Shown here: piece by piece, positions 1 through 7,639 of the stretch
Numbering within the stretch: position 1 is the first letter of the stretch
Layout: every line of letters begins with the position of its first letter
Assembly: GCA_031372565.1 (NCBI GenBank)
Contig: JANMLN010000132.1
Location: forward strand, 1-39,663
Direction: 5' to 3'
Source: Gemmatimonadota bacterium
GTDB lineage: Bacteria; Gemmatimonadota; Gemmatimonadetes; Gemmatimonadales; Gemmatimonadaceae
Length of the DNA: 39,663 nt
Position numbers and translations under genes: made by a program
Notes under the pieces: generated by a model
Seen by the model: the letters and a program-made list of their open reading frames with translations, nothing else
What the model was told of the DNA's origin: nothing
The model's database searches: none

Positions 1-1
1 C

Positions 2-307
2 CTGCCGGCGCCGCGCGCCGGGGTGAACGCGCGCTGGAGTGCGGGGCCGTGGACACTGGGCGGCGACGTGAAGTACGCGCGTGCGCAGGGACGCGTGAGC
101 GGGGGCGCGGATGTTCCGACCGGCAGCTACACGCTGGCCAACCTGCAAGGCAGCTACACGCTGTCGCTCGGCGGGCGGGTGCACACGCTGTCGTTGCGCG
201 TGGACAACGTGGGCGATGTGATGTATCGCGACGCGGCGAGCCGGATCAAGTCGTTTGCGCCGGCGATGGGGCGGAACGTGGCGCTGTCGTATCGACTGCT
301 GTTCTAG
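2..307 (+). CDS. TonB-dependent receptor, C-terminal fragment (5' end outside window)
   Basis: The frame is open from base 2. Amphipathic beta-strands, LSLRVDNVGDVMYRD (conserved C-terminal TBDR motif), then GRNVALSYRLLF ending in a terminal Phe as in outer-membrane barrels. Confidence 0.85.
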   Translation: MPAPRAGVNARWSAGPWTLGGDVKYARAQGRVSGGADVPTGSYTLANLQGSYTLSLGGRVHTLSLRVDNVGDVMYRDAASRIKSFAPAMGRNVALSYRLLF

Positions 308-344
308 CGGCCGGCGGCGTGGCCCCGCGCGCGCGCGGATCGCG

Positions 345-382
345 TTGACGTACAGCCGTACAAGTGATATGGTTACCCATAT
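345..382 (+). promoter_or_regulatory. Sigma70-type promoter of vapBC with an overlapping palindromic operator
   Basis: TTGACG (345-350), a 17-nt spacer, then TATGGT (368-373) with TG at 365-366 (extended -10). The inverted repeat ATATGG-ttac-CCATAT (367-382) covers the -10 and the ATG at 381. Confidence 0.75.
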
Positions 383-608
383 GAAGACCACGCTCAACAT
401 TGACGACACGGTCATGGCCAGCCTGCGGCGGGAGGCTGCCCGCACGGGGCGCACCATGTCCGAGCTGGTCGAGACCGCGCTGCGACAGCTGCTCCGGCGG
501 CCATCGGGCGCGGCCGAGCTGGCGCCACTCCCGAGCTTCGATTCCGGTGGTGCGCTGGTGGACGTGGCCGACCGCGATGCACTCTATCGGGTCATGGAGG
601 AGCGCTAG
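381..608 (+). CDS. vapB: VapB-type antitoxin with ribbon-helix-helix (CopG-like) DNA-binding domain
   Basis: MKTTLNIDDTVMASLRREAARTGRTMSELVETALR is a classic RHH pattern. The C-terminus LVDVADRDALYRVME is typical of these antitoxins, and the gene lies directly upstream of a PIN gene. Confidence 0.9.
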   Translation: MKTTLNIDDTVMASLRREAARTGRTMSELVETALRQLLRRPSGAAELAPLPSFDSGGALVDVADRDALYRVMEER

Positions 609-1052
609 CTGTTCGTCGTCGACACGAATGTGCTGGTGTATGCCGCCGACGTGCGCGCGCCGGAGCACGCGCGGTGCCGGGCACTGCTCGAGCGGTGGCG
701 CGTGCAGCGGGGCGCGTGGTATCTCACGTGGGGTAACTGCTACGAGTTCCTGCGCGTGGTCACGCATCCACGCGTGCTGCGGCAGCCGTGGACCGGCCAG
801 GCGGCGGCCGAGTTTCTCGCCGCGCTCCAGCAGTCGCCGGGGCTGTCGATGTTGGTGCCGACCGATCGTCACGCTGCCGTGCTGGCCGAGGTGATGTCGG
901 AGGTGCCGATGATCGCGGGCAACTTGTGGCACGACGCGGAAACGGCCGTCCTGATGCGGGAGCACGGCATTCGTCGCATCTGCACGCGCGATACCGACTT
1001 CGCACGCTTTCCGTTCATCGAGATCGTCGATCCGCTGACGGGCGAACCGTGA
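609..1052 (+). CDS. vapC: VapC PIN-domain ribonuclease toxin (probable CTG start at 609)
   Basis: (L)FVVDTNVLVYA...CYEFLRVVTHPR...WHDAETA...ICTRDTDFARF contains the four PIN acidic positions. The first (VVDTN) lies upstream of the GTG at 630. GGAGG at 596-600 is 8 nt before the CTG at 609. Confidence 0.88.
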   Translation: MFVVDTNVLVYAADVRAPEHARCRALLERWRVQRGAWYLTWGNCYEFLRVVTHPRVLRQPWTGQAAAEFLAALQQSPGLSMLVPTDRHAAVLAEVMSEVPMIAGNLWHDAETAVLMREHGIRRICTRDTDFARFPFIEIVDPLTGEP

Positions 1053-1250
1053 TGGCGCGTGCGTCTTCATGCCGGGGTCGGCGTGCGCGCTCTTCTCCGT
1101 GGCGGGCTACCGCACTGCGCGCAACCGGCCGCAAACCGACGTCACGGCGGATGGCCAGCGATTCCTGATGATTCGCGAGACAACGGTCTCGCAGGTGGTG
1201 CACGTGGAGCGCTGGTTCGTGGAACTGTTGGCGAAGTCCCGGCAGTCGTT
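1051..1250 (+). pseudogene. Remnant resembling the C-terminal tail of a TolB/PD40 beta-propeller (Ser/Thr kinase-fusion type) protein
   Basis: Frame of ORF 1069..1281: FMPGSACALFSVAGYRTARNRPQTDVTADGQRFLMIRE...VVHVERWFVELLAK. From memory this matches the 'yDVspDGqRFLmi...vv.nWf.EL' tail of such proteins. It has no N-terminal part and no RBS, and it runs into the convergent CIA30 gene. Confidence 0.55.
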
Positions 1251-1865
1251 CTACTCGTCAGCCGCGTACGCCCGGATGTAGTCCACCTCCAACCGGAACG
1301 GCCCGTCCTGCCCGTCGGCCATGTAGAGGCCCACGCCACGGATGCGCGCCAGGTCGATCGGCGCGGCATTCACGGCCTGTCCGAAGACGGTGCTGCGGAG
1401 CGTGCTGAACGGGACGCGGACGAGCGTCCACTCCGAGGATGACGGGAACGCGGCCCGACGGGACACATTGCGCCCGTAGGTGCGTACGCCATCATCGACC
1501 TCGACTTCGAACTGGCGACCACTCCCGCGCACCCGGAGTTCGAGCCCGATCTTGCCGGTCAGGTCGATGACGCGTCGGGCTCGCACCGACGTGAAGCCGC
1601 CACCCTGCGTCACGAGCGTGCCGGTGAAGCGGAGGACCCCATCCGCCACCGTGACGTAACCGGCGGAACGGCCACCCATGACACCGTCGTTGACGACGAC
1701 CCACGACGCTTCGTCGGCGCTGCTGAAGTCGAAGAGCGTCACTGGTGCTGCGAACGTGGGAGCACTCGGCGCGGTCCACCCGCTCACTCCGAGCACGAGA
1801 AGCACGGAGGGCAGAAGCCGTCGAGCTGCGCGCGGCAGATGCCACGTTGCGGGGCGGAGCGGCAT
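1251..1865 (-). CDS. CIA30 family protein (NDUFAF1-like, carbohydrate-binding fold) with N-terminal signal peptide
   Basis: WVVVNDGVMGGRS, FTGTLVTQGGGFTSVR, LRVRGSGRQF and DGPFRLEVDYIRAY are CIA30 signature segments. The N-terminus is hydrophobic. Confidence 0.9.
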   Translation of the reverse strand: MPLRPATWHLPRAARRLLPSVLLVLGVSGWTAPSAPTFAAPVTLFDFSSADEASWVVVNDGVMGGRSAGYVTVADGVLRFTGTLVTQGGGFTSVRARRVIDLTGKIGLELRVRGSGRQFEVEVDDGVRTYGRNVSRRAAFPSSSEWTLVRVPFSTLRSTVFGQAVNAAPIDLARIRGVGLYMADGQDGPFRLEVDYIRAYAADE

Positions 1866-2094
1866 GAGGTTGGAGCTGATCAGCTACCTGCGCGCGTGGG
1901 GAGACACGAGGTGAAGCGTGGCCGTGCGGACTGGGTTCCCGGCCAATCGGGAGCACCGCGCCTTGACGTCGGCAGCGTCGTCCCCCGCGGGTCACGCTGC
2001 GTCGCCCGCGTTCGGGTGGCGCGATCCAGGGCACAGCGAACGGCGTGAGCGCCGCACCCTAGCCCTGCTGCGCGCGGGTCGCGAGCTTGGGATC

Positions 2095-2508
2095 ATGGTA
2101 CGATCGTGGTTTCTGTCGCTCGCGTGGTGCGCCGCGCTCGGGTGCTCGAGCAGCACGAGCACCGCGGGCGGCGCCCCGGCGCAGGTGGTCGTCACGCTGC
2201 TGCAACCGCCGGCGGTGCCGACCATCCATGCGGGCTTTCCCGTCACCCTGCCGCGCGGCGCGTCGACGCTCCAGGTCAGCGCCCTCGACTCGACCGGGCG
2301 CGCCATCACGCTCGACGCGGCGCGCTACCGGTTTGACGTGATACCAGCGGCGGTGCCGGGGTTGTACGCGCTGTCGCCTGCGACGAATACCACGCTCGGC
2401 GTCGCGGTGCTCACGACAGGGACGGTGTCGGTCACGTGGCGGCTCACCGACCTCAACACCTCACGCGTGATCATCGGGCCGACGGTCACCAACGTCCTGC
2501 TGCAGTAG
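2095..2508 (+). CDS. Hypothetical lipoprotein with a beta-rich (Ig-like) body
   Basis: MVRSWFLSLAWCAALG-C gives a lipobox (ALGC), followed by a Ser/Thr linker and alternating beta-strand pattern. Codon usage fits a real gene from ATG 2095. Confidence 0.65.
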   Translation: MVRSWFLSLAWCAALGCSSSTSTAGGAPAQVVVTLLQPPAVPTIHAGFPVTLPRGASTLQVSALDSTGRAITLDAARYRFDVIPAAVPGLYALSPATNTTLGVAVLTTGTVSVTWRLTDLNTSRVIIGPTVTNVLLQ

Positions 2509-2512
2509 CACA

Positions 2513-2533
2513 CGGCGCGCGCACCGCGCGCTG
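2513..2533. terminator. GC-rich hairpin between convergent genes
   Basis: CGGCGCGCG-cac-CGCGCGCTG forms a 9-bp stem (one G-U) between the stops at 2508 and 2536. There is no U tract. Confidence 0.4.
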
Positions 2534-2535
2534 CG

Positions 2536-3594
2536 TCAGTGCCCCGCAGCCCACGCGCGCAGCTTTGCGAGCGCACGCCGGTCGAAGGTCACGAGGTCAT
2601 CACCCTTGGGCGTCTCGAGCAGCTTCGGGATCTTTGCGAGCCGCTCGTCCGTCATGATGCGGCGAAAGGGTGCGACGCCGAGCGAACCGTCGCCCAGCTG
2701 CTCGTGCCGGTCCTTGCGCGAGGCGAACGGGGTCTTCGAGTCGTTGAGGTGCACCACGCCAAGCCGCTCGCGGCCGATGATGTCGTCGAAGCGCGTCCAG
2801 ACGCCGTCGTAGTCCTTCACGAGATCGTAGCCAGCGCTGTACACGTGGCAGGTATCGAGGCAGACGCCGACGCGCGCGCGCACCGACGCCGGCAGACGCG
2901 CAATGATGGCCGCGATCTCCTCGAACGTGGCGCCGAGCGCAGTACCGCTGCCAGCCGTGGTCTCGAGGAAGAGGCGCGACGTACCGGGCGCACGTTCGAG
3001 CGCTTCGGCGATCCCGTCCGCATTGCGCGCGAGGCCCGCGTCGTGGTCGTCCATGTAGTTGCCCGGGTGCGACACGACGCCCAGCAATCCGAGTGCGTCG
3101 GCCCGCTGCATCTCGCCGACGAAACTGTCGATCGACCGTGCGCGCAGTACCGGGTCGGGCGACGCCAGGTTGATGAGATAGCTGTCGTGTGCCACGACGG
3201 CGGTCGCGGGGAACTCCGCGAGGGCGGCGCGGAACGCGGCGGCCTCCTCGGGCGTGACCGTGCGATCGGCCCAGCGGTTCCCCTGCTTGGTGAAGAGCTG
3301 GAAGCAGCGCGCACCGATGTCGGCGGCGCGGATCGGGGTCTCGTGCGTGCCACCCGCGGCCGAGACGTGCGCGCCGATGAGCGGTCCTGTCGTGGTCGGC
3401 ACCGGGCGAGGTGCGTCGGCGGCGCGCTTGGCCGGCGTGATGCTGCGGGATGAGCGCACGGCGGGCTTGGCGACCTTCGCGGCTTTCGCGGCTTTCGCGG
3501 CTTTCGCGACCTTCGCGGCTTTCGCGACCTTCGCGACCTTCGCGACCTTCGCGACCTTCGCGACCTTCGCGACCTTCGCCTTCCGCGCCGTCAT
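2536..3594 (-). CDS. nfo: Endonuclease IV (AP endonuclease) with a Lys/Ala/Val repeat N-terminal extension
   Basis: IGAHVSAAGG, FQLFTK, HDSYLINLAS, HPG, LETTAGSG, GVCLDTCH, HLNDSK, DRHEQLG and LLETPK are the Nfo metal ligands. ATG 3594 overlaps the envC stop (ATGA). Confidence 0.95.
   Translation of the reverse strand: MTARKAKVAKVAKVAKVAKVAKVAKAAKVAKAAKAAKAAKVAKPAVRSSRSITPAKRAADAPRPVPTTTGPLIGAHVSAAGGTHETPIRAADIGARCFQLFTKQGNRWADRTVTPEEAAAFRAALAEFPATAVVAHDSYLINLASPDPVLRARSIDSFVGEMQRADALGLLGVVSHPGNYMDDHDAGLARNADGIAEALERAPGTSRLFLETTAGSGTALGATFEEIAAIIARLPASVRARVGVCLDTCHVYSAGYDLVKDYDGVWTRFDDIIGRERLGVVHLNDSKTPFASRKDRHEQLGDGSLGVAPFRRIMTDERLAKIPKLLETPKGDDLVTFDRRALAKLRAWAAGH
3472..3579 (-). repeat. 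9-bp coding tandem repeat, 12 units, encoding AKV/AKA
   Basis: Minus-strand units are GCGAAGGTC (AKV, 8 copies) and GCGAAAGCC (AKA, 4 copies), in the order V6-A-V-A3-V, followed by a degenerate AKP unit. Confidence 0.97.
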
Positions 3595-4862
3595 GGCTGG
3601 TTCCTCAACCACACCAGCGGATCCAACGCACGGCCCTTCGGCCGGATCTCGAAGTGCAGGTGCGACGGCAGCTCGGGATCGGTCGCGCCGACCGTGCCGA
3701 TCGCCTGCCCCTTCGACACCTGCTGCCCCTTCACGACCTCGATCGTGCCCATCGAGCCATACACCGAGTAATCGCCGCCGCCGTGCTGGATGATCACCGT
3801 CTGGCCGTACGTCCCGATCGCCTCGGCGACCATGACCTCCCCAGTCGCCACCGCACGCACGGAACTGCCCTGCGGCGCCGCAATGCCGATCCCGTTCCAG
3901 CGGACCGCCGTGTTGTTGGGATTCACGACGCGACCGAAGCGATAGATGATCGTGCCATCGACGGGCCAGTTGAGCCGCCCGACGTCGGTGGTGCGCAGCG
4001 TGCTCGTGCTCGTCACGGCCGGCGTACCCGCGGGACGGGCCGCTTCCGCCTTCTTGCGCGCCGTCTCGAGCGAGGCAATCAGGCTCCCCAGGCGCGCTTC
4101 GTCCTTCGAGAGCTGTCCGAGGCGCGAGGCCGTTTGCTTCGCCTGCCGCTCCACCGTGCGCAGCTTGGCGCTGCGCTCCTGCTCGAGCTGGCGCAGTCGC
4201 TTTTCTTCCTCCGCCTTCTCGGAGCGCGACATGGCCATTTCGCCTTGCAACCGCACCAACTGGCTGCGGTGACTGCCGATGCGCGATTCGAGCGCCTCGA
4301 CGCGCTGCACGATGGCGCGGTCACGCAACGCCAGCAGGTGCAGGTACTTGTAGCGCGACACCAGCTCACCGAACGACTGTGCCGTGAGCAACGCCTGCAC
4401 CGTGTAGAGCGGGCCGCGCTTGTACACGTCGCCGAGCCGCTTGCGCAACACGGCGCGCTTGAGGGCGAGTTCGTCCTGCGCGAGGACCAGGTCGCCGGTG
4501 GTCTCGCCGAGCCCTTCGTCGATGGCGAGCAGCTGGCGGTCGAGTGACCGCACGGCCGCCTCGGTCGCATCGGCCTGCCGATCCAGGTTGCTGCGCTCCT
4601 CGGAGATGTCGTGCGCGGTACCCTGCAGCTGGCGCATCCGGCCCTCGAGGTCGCTGCGTTCGCGCCTGATCCGTTCAAGCTCTTCGCGCTGCTCGCGAAT
4701 GCGTTGTGCGGCGTCCTGCGGATTGGGCGCGGGACTCACGGGCACGGGCCGCTCGACTGGCCGATCGGGCGCTTTCTCCTGCGCGCGCAGGCTCGGCGCC
4801 CAGAGTGGCAGGGCCAGCACCAGCATCCACGGTCGCGCGGACCACGCCCGAGCGCACCACAT
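3591..4862 (-). CDS. envC: Murein hydrolase activator EnvC-like protein (coiled coil plus M23 peptidase domain)
   Basis: Signal peptide, a long coiled coil, then LNWPVDG...WNGIGIAA...YGQTVIIQHGG...YSVYG...HLHFEIR...LDP. Two zinc-ligand motifs are degenerate (WNGIG, YSVYG), as in EnvC. It follows ftsEX, and its ATG overlaps the ftsX stop (TGATG). Confidence 0.88.
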   Translation of the reverse strand: MWCARAWSARPWMLVLALPLWAPSLRAQEKAPDRPVERPVPVSPAPNPQDAAQRIREQREELERIRRERSDLEGRMRQLQGTAHDISEERSNLDRQADATEAAVRSLDRQLLAIDEGLGETTGDLVLAQDELALKRAVLRKRLGDVYKRGPLYTVQALLTAQSFGELVSRYKYLHLLALRDRAIVQRVEALESRIGSHRSQLVRLQGEMAMSRSEKAEEEKRLRQLEQERSAKLRTVERQAKQTASRLGQLSKDEARLGSLIASLETARKKAEAARPAGTPAVTSTSTLRTTDVGRLNWPVDGTIIYRFGRVVNPNNTAVRWNGIGIAAPQGSSVRAVATGEVMVAEAIGTYGQTVIIQHGGGDYSVYGSMGTIEVVKGQQVSKGQAIGTVGATDPELPSHLHFEIRPKGRALDPLVWLRNQP

Positions 4863-5710
4863 CAGACGTCGCGCAGGTGGCGCCCGACCGAGAGCGCACT
4901 GCCGAGGGCGCCGATGAGGGCGCCGGCCGCGACGCCGAGGCCGGCGAGGCGTGGCGCGAAGAACTGCGTCTCGATCAGCTGCGACGAGATGAGTTGGTGC
5001 GCGGCCCACGTGAGGAGCAGGGCCATCAGTCCGCCGAGGATCCCCTTCACGAATCCTTCGATGAGGAACGGGCTGCGAATGAACCCGTCGGTCGCACCGA
5101 CCATGCGCATGATCGCAATCTCGCGCGCACGCGAGAGCACGGTCATGCGGATCGTGGTGCCGATGATGATGACCGCCACGGACGCGAAGGCCAGGCCCAG
5201 CGCGATGCCCGCGACCGTGGCGATCGTGCGCAGCCGGTACACCTTCTCGACCCAGTCGTCGCCGTAGCGCACTTCGTCGACGAACGGATAAGCGCGCAGT
5301 CGGGCGGCCACGGCTGACACCGTGCGTGGATCGCGATAGCCATCCTTGAGGCGGACGTCGATCGACGCCGGGAGCACGCTGGCGTCGAACTCCTCGCGGA
5401 ATTCCTTGAGCTCGCGCCGGGCCAGCACGAGCGCCTGTTCCTTGGACACGAACTCCGCCTTGAGCACCTCGGGGAACGACCCCACGTCGCCCACGGCTGC
5501 GGCCGCCGCTTCGACCGGCGTGCCGTCGGTGAGGAAGGCGCGAATCTCGACGCGCTCCTCGACCTGCTGCACCGCGTTGCGAATGTTGAGCGCCACGAGC
5601 CCGAACAGGCCGAACGCGAAGAGCGAGAACCCGATCGTGAGAATGCTCAGCGCCGAGAGCAGCGGCGCGCGCTGGAAGCCCATGAAGGCCTCGCGGAGGG
5701 CGAGTCTCAT
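4862..5710 (-). CDS. ftsX: Cell division permease FtsX
   Basis: Four TM segments with a periplasmic loop, IGTTIRMTVLSRAREIAIMRMVGATDGFIRSPFLIEG. Coupled to ftsE. Confidence 0.95.
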   Translation of the reverse strand: MRLALREAFMGFQRAPLLSALSILTIGFSLFAFGLFGLVALNIRNAVQQVEERVEIRAFLTDGTPVEAAAAAVGDVGSFPEVLKAEFVSKEQALVLARRELKEFREEFDASVLPASIDVRLKDGYRDPRTVSAVAARLRAYPFVDEVRYGDDWVEKVYRLRTIATVAGIALGLAFASVAVIIIGTTIRMTVLSRAREIAIMRMVGATDGFIRSPFLIEGFVKGILGGLMALLLTWAAHQLISSQLIETQFFAPRLAGLGVAAGALIGALGSALSVGRHLRDV

Positions 5711-6423
5711 GCGTCGTCCTCCACCGGCCGCGCCTCGGCAGCCGAGTCGAAGACGAGCTGCCCGCGATTGAGCTCGATCGTGCGCAGGCCCGAACGGCGG
5801 ATCAGGTCGAGGTTATGCGTCGCCATGACGACCGCCGTACCGGCCGCGTTGATGTCGCGCAGCAGCTGGAAGATGCCACGCGTGGCGCGATCATCGAGAT
5901 TGCCGGTGGGCTCGTCGGCAATCAGCACGAACGGATCGTTGACGAGTGCGCGCGCGATCGCGACGCGCTGCTGCTCCCCCCCGGAGAGTTCGCGCGGCAG
6001 CGAGCCGGCCTTCGAGGCGAGCCCCACCTGTGCGAGCGCTCGCGCAACCTTCGGCCCGATGGCCGCACGCGGCGTGCCGATGACTTCCAGCGCGAAGGAC
6101 ACGTTGTGCTCAGCCGTCCGGTCCTCGAGGAGCCGGAAGTCCTGGAAGACGATGCCCAGCTTGCGCCGCAGCCGTGCGACGTCGGCCCCGTGGGCGGCAC
6201 TCGCGAGGACGCCACTCACCTTCACGTCGCCGCGCGACGGGCGCTCCTCGAGGTAGATCATCTTGAGGAGGGTGCTCTTGCCCGACCCGGATGGTCCGGT
6301 GAGAAAGACGAACTCGCCCTTCGCCACCTCGAGCGAGATGCCGGCGAGGGCGGTGCCGGTCCGGGGATACTCCTTGCTGACGTTCGCGAACCGGATGATG
6401 CCCGGGGCCTTCGGCTCGGTCAC
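5707..6423 (-). CDS. ftsE: Cell division ATP-binding protein FtsE
   Basis: [47 protein letters not shown] and VMATHN. The GTG start overlaps the upstream stop. Confidence 0.95.
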   Translation of the reverse strand: MTEPKAPGIIRFANVSKEYPRTGTALAGISLEVAKGEFVFLTGPSGSGKSTLLKMIYLEERPSRGDVKVSGVLASAAHGADVARLRRKLGIVFQDFRLLEDRTAEHNVSFALEVIGTPRAAIGPKVARALAQVGLASKAGSLPRELSGGEQQRVAIARALVNDPFVLIADEPTGNLDDRATRGIFQLLRDINAAGTAVVMATHNLDLIRRSGLRTIELNRGQLVFDSAAEARPVEDDA

Positions 6424-7577
6424 TTGAGCGCCTGCTCCAGATCAGCGATCAGGTCGTCGGCGTCCTCGATGCCAACGGAGAGACGCAGGAAGCCGTCGGG
6501 CACTCCCAACCGCGCGCGCTCCTCCGCGCTCAGGTGCACATGCGACGAGTAGCGCGGCTCGCTCACGAGGGAGTCGACGCCACCGAGCGAGGGCGCATGC
6601 CGCCACAGCTTGAGCCGGCGGAGAAACTTCTCCGTCCCCCTGGCCCCCGACGCGAGCTCGATGCCGAGCATCCCGCCGAACCCGTCGAGCATGGTGCGTG
6701 CGACCTCGTGGTCGGGGTGATCGCTCAACCCGGGATAGTGCACGCGGCGCATGTCCTTGCGATCGGCGCACCAGAGCGCGACGCGCAGGGCATTCTCGTT
6801 CTGGCGCCGCACGCGCACGTCGAGCGTCTTGAGGCCCCGGTCCAGCATCCAGCACGCGAACGGATCGGGCGCCTGGCCCCAGACCATCATCTTCCGCCGT
6901 ACTTCCTCGATGTAGGGTGCCGTGCCGCAGACGGCGCCGCTGAGCACGTCGTGGTGCCCGTTGAGGTACTTGGTCGCCGAGTGGATGACGACGTCGGCGC
7001 CGTACTCCATGGGGCGCAGGTTGATCGGGCTGGCGAAGGTGGAGTCGACCACGAGCGCGAGTCCGCCGTCGTGCGTGAGGTACGAGATCGGGCGCAAGTC
7101 GATGACGCGGCACGACGGATTCACGGGCGACTCGAGGAAGATGGCGCGCGTCTGCTTGCGCATGCGCTTGCGCCAGCCGCGCGGCTCCATCGGATCCACC
7201 AGCGTCACCTCGATGCCGAGCGTCGCGAACTCCTCGGTGAGCAGCGTGCGCGTGCCGCCGTACAGCCAGCTGGAGGCCAGCAGGTGATCGCCGGGGCGGA
7301 GCAGGGCGAGCAGCGCGCAGGCGGTGGCCCCCATACCGCTCGAGAGGACGAGCGCAGCCTCCGCCCCTTCGATCGCGGCGAGGCGTTTCTGCACGATCTC
7401 GGCATTGGGCGCGTTGCCGTACCGCGGGTACCGCATGCCGTCGGCCGTGGACAGCTCCTGCACGTAGTTGACCGACTGGTGGAGCGGTGCCACGATGGGT
7501 GCGTCAACTTCGCGCACGGGGGCCGTGCCGTGCACGGCGAGCGTGGAGAGCGCGAAGCCGCGATCCTTCTTCACCAT
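6420..7577 (-). CDS. PLP-dependent Cys/Met metabolism enzyme (cystathionine gamma-synthase/lyase or methionine gamma-lyase family)
   Basis: YPRYGN, SSGMGA, LYGGT, FLESPVNP, VVDSTFASP, HSATKYLNGHHDV (PLP lysine), SLGGVDSL and LRLSVGIED. The exact activity cannot be assigned. Confidence 0.93.
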   Translation of the reverse strand: MVKKDRGFALSTLAVHGTAPVREVDAPIVAPLHQSVNYVQELSTADGMRYPRYGNAPNAEIVQKRLAAIEGAEAALVLSSGMGATACALLALLRPGDHLLASSWLYGGTRTLLTEEFATLGIEVTLVDPMEPRGWRKRMRKQTRAIFLESPVNPSCRVIDLRPISYLTHDGGLALVVDSTFASPINLRPMEYGADVVIHSATKYLNGHHDVLSGAVCGTAPYIEEVRRKMMVWGQAPDPFACWMLDRGLKTLDVRVRRQNENALRVALWCADRKDMRRVHYPGLSDHPDHEVARTMLDGFGGMLGIELASGARGTEKFLRRLKLWRHAPSLGGVDSLVSEPRYSSHVHLSAEERARLGVPDGFLRLSVGIEDADDLIADLEQALK

Positions 7578-7639
7578 GCGAAGCGACCCTCAGCGAGCAC
7601 AACCGATGCGAGCGGACCCATGCGACCTGCCCTCCCGGG

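Noticed and set aside
606..608. Pyrrolysine or genome-wide amber recoding as the explanation for the in-frame TAG between vapB and vapC
   Set aside because: TAG is an ordinary stop for many genes here (lepA, surA, pilT, both TonB receptors), and no pyl genes are present in the window.
7578..7639. SAM or other riboswitch upstream of the Cys/Met PLP enzyme
   Set aside because: The gap is only 62 nt and has no recognisable SAM-I/II core sequence.
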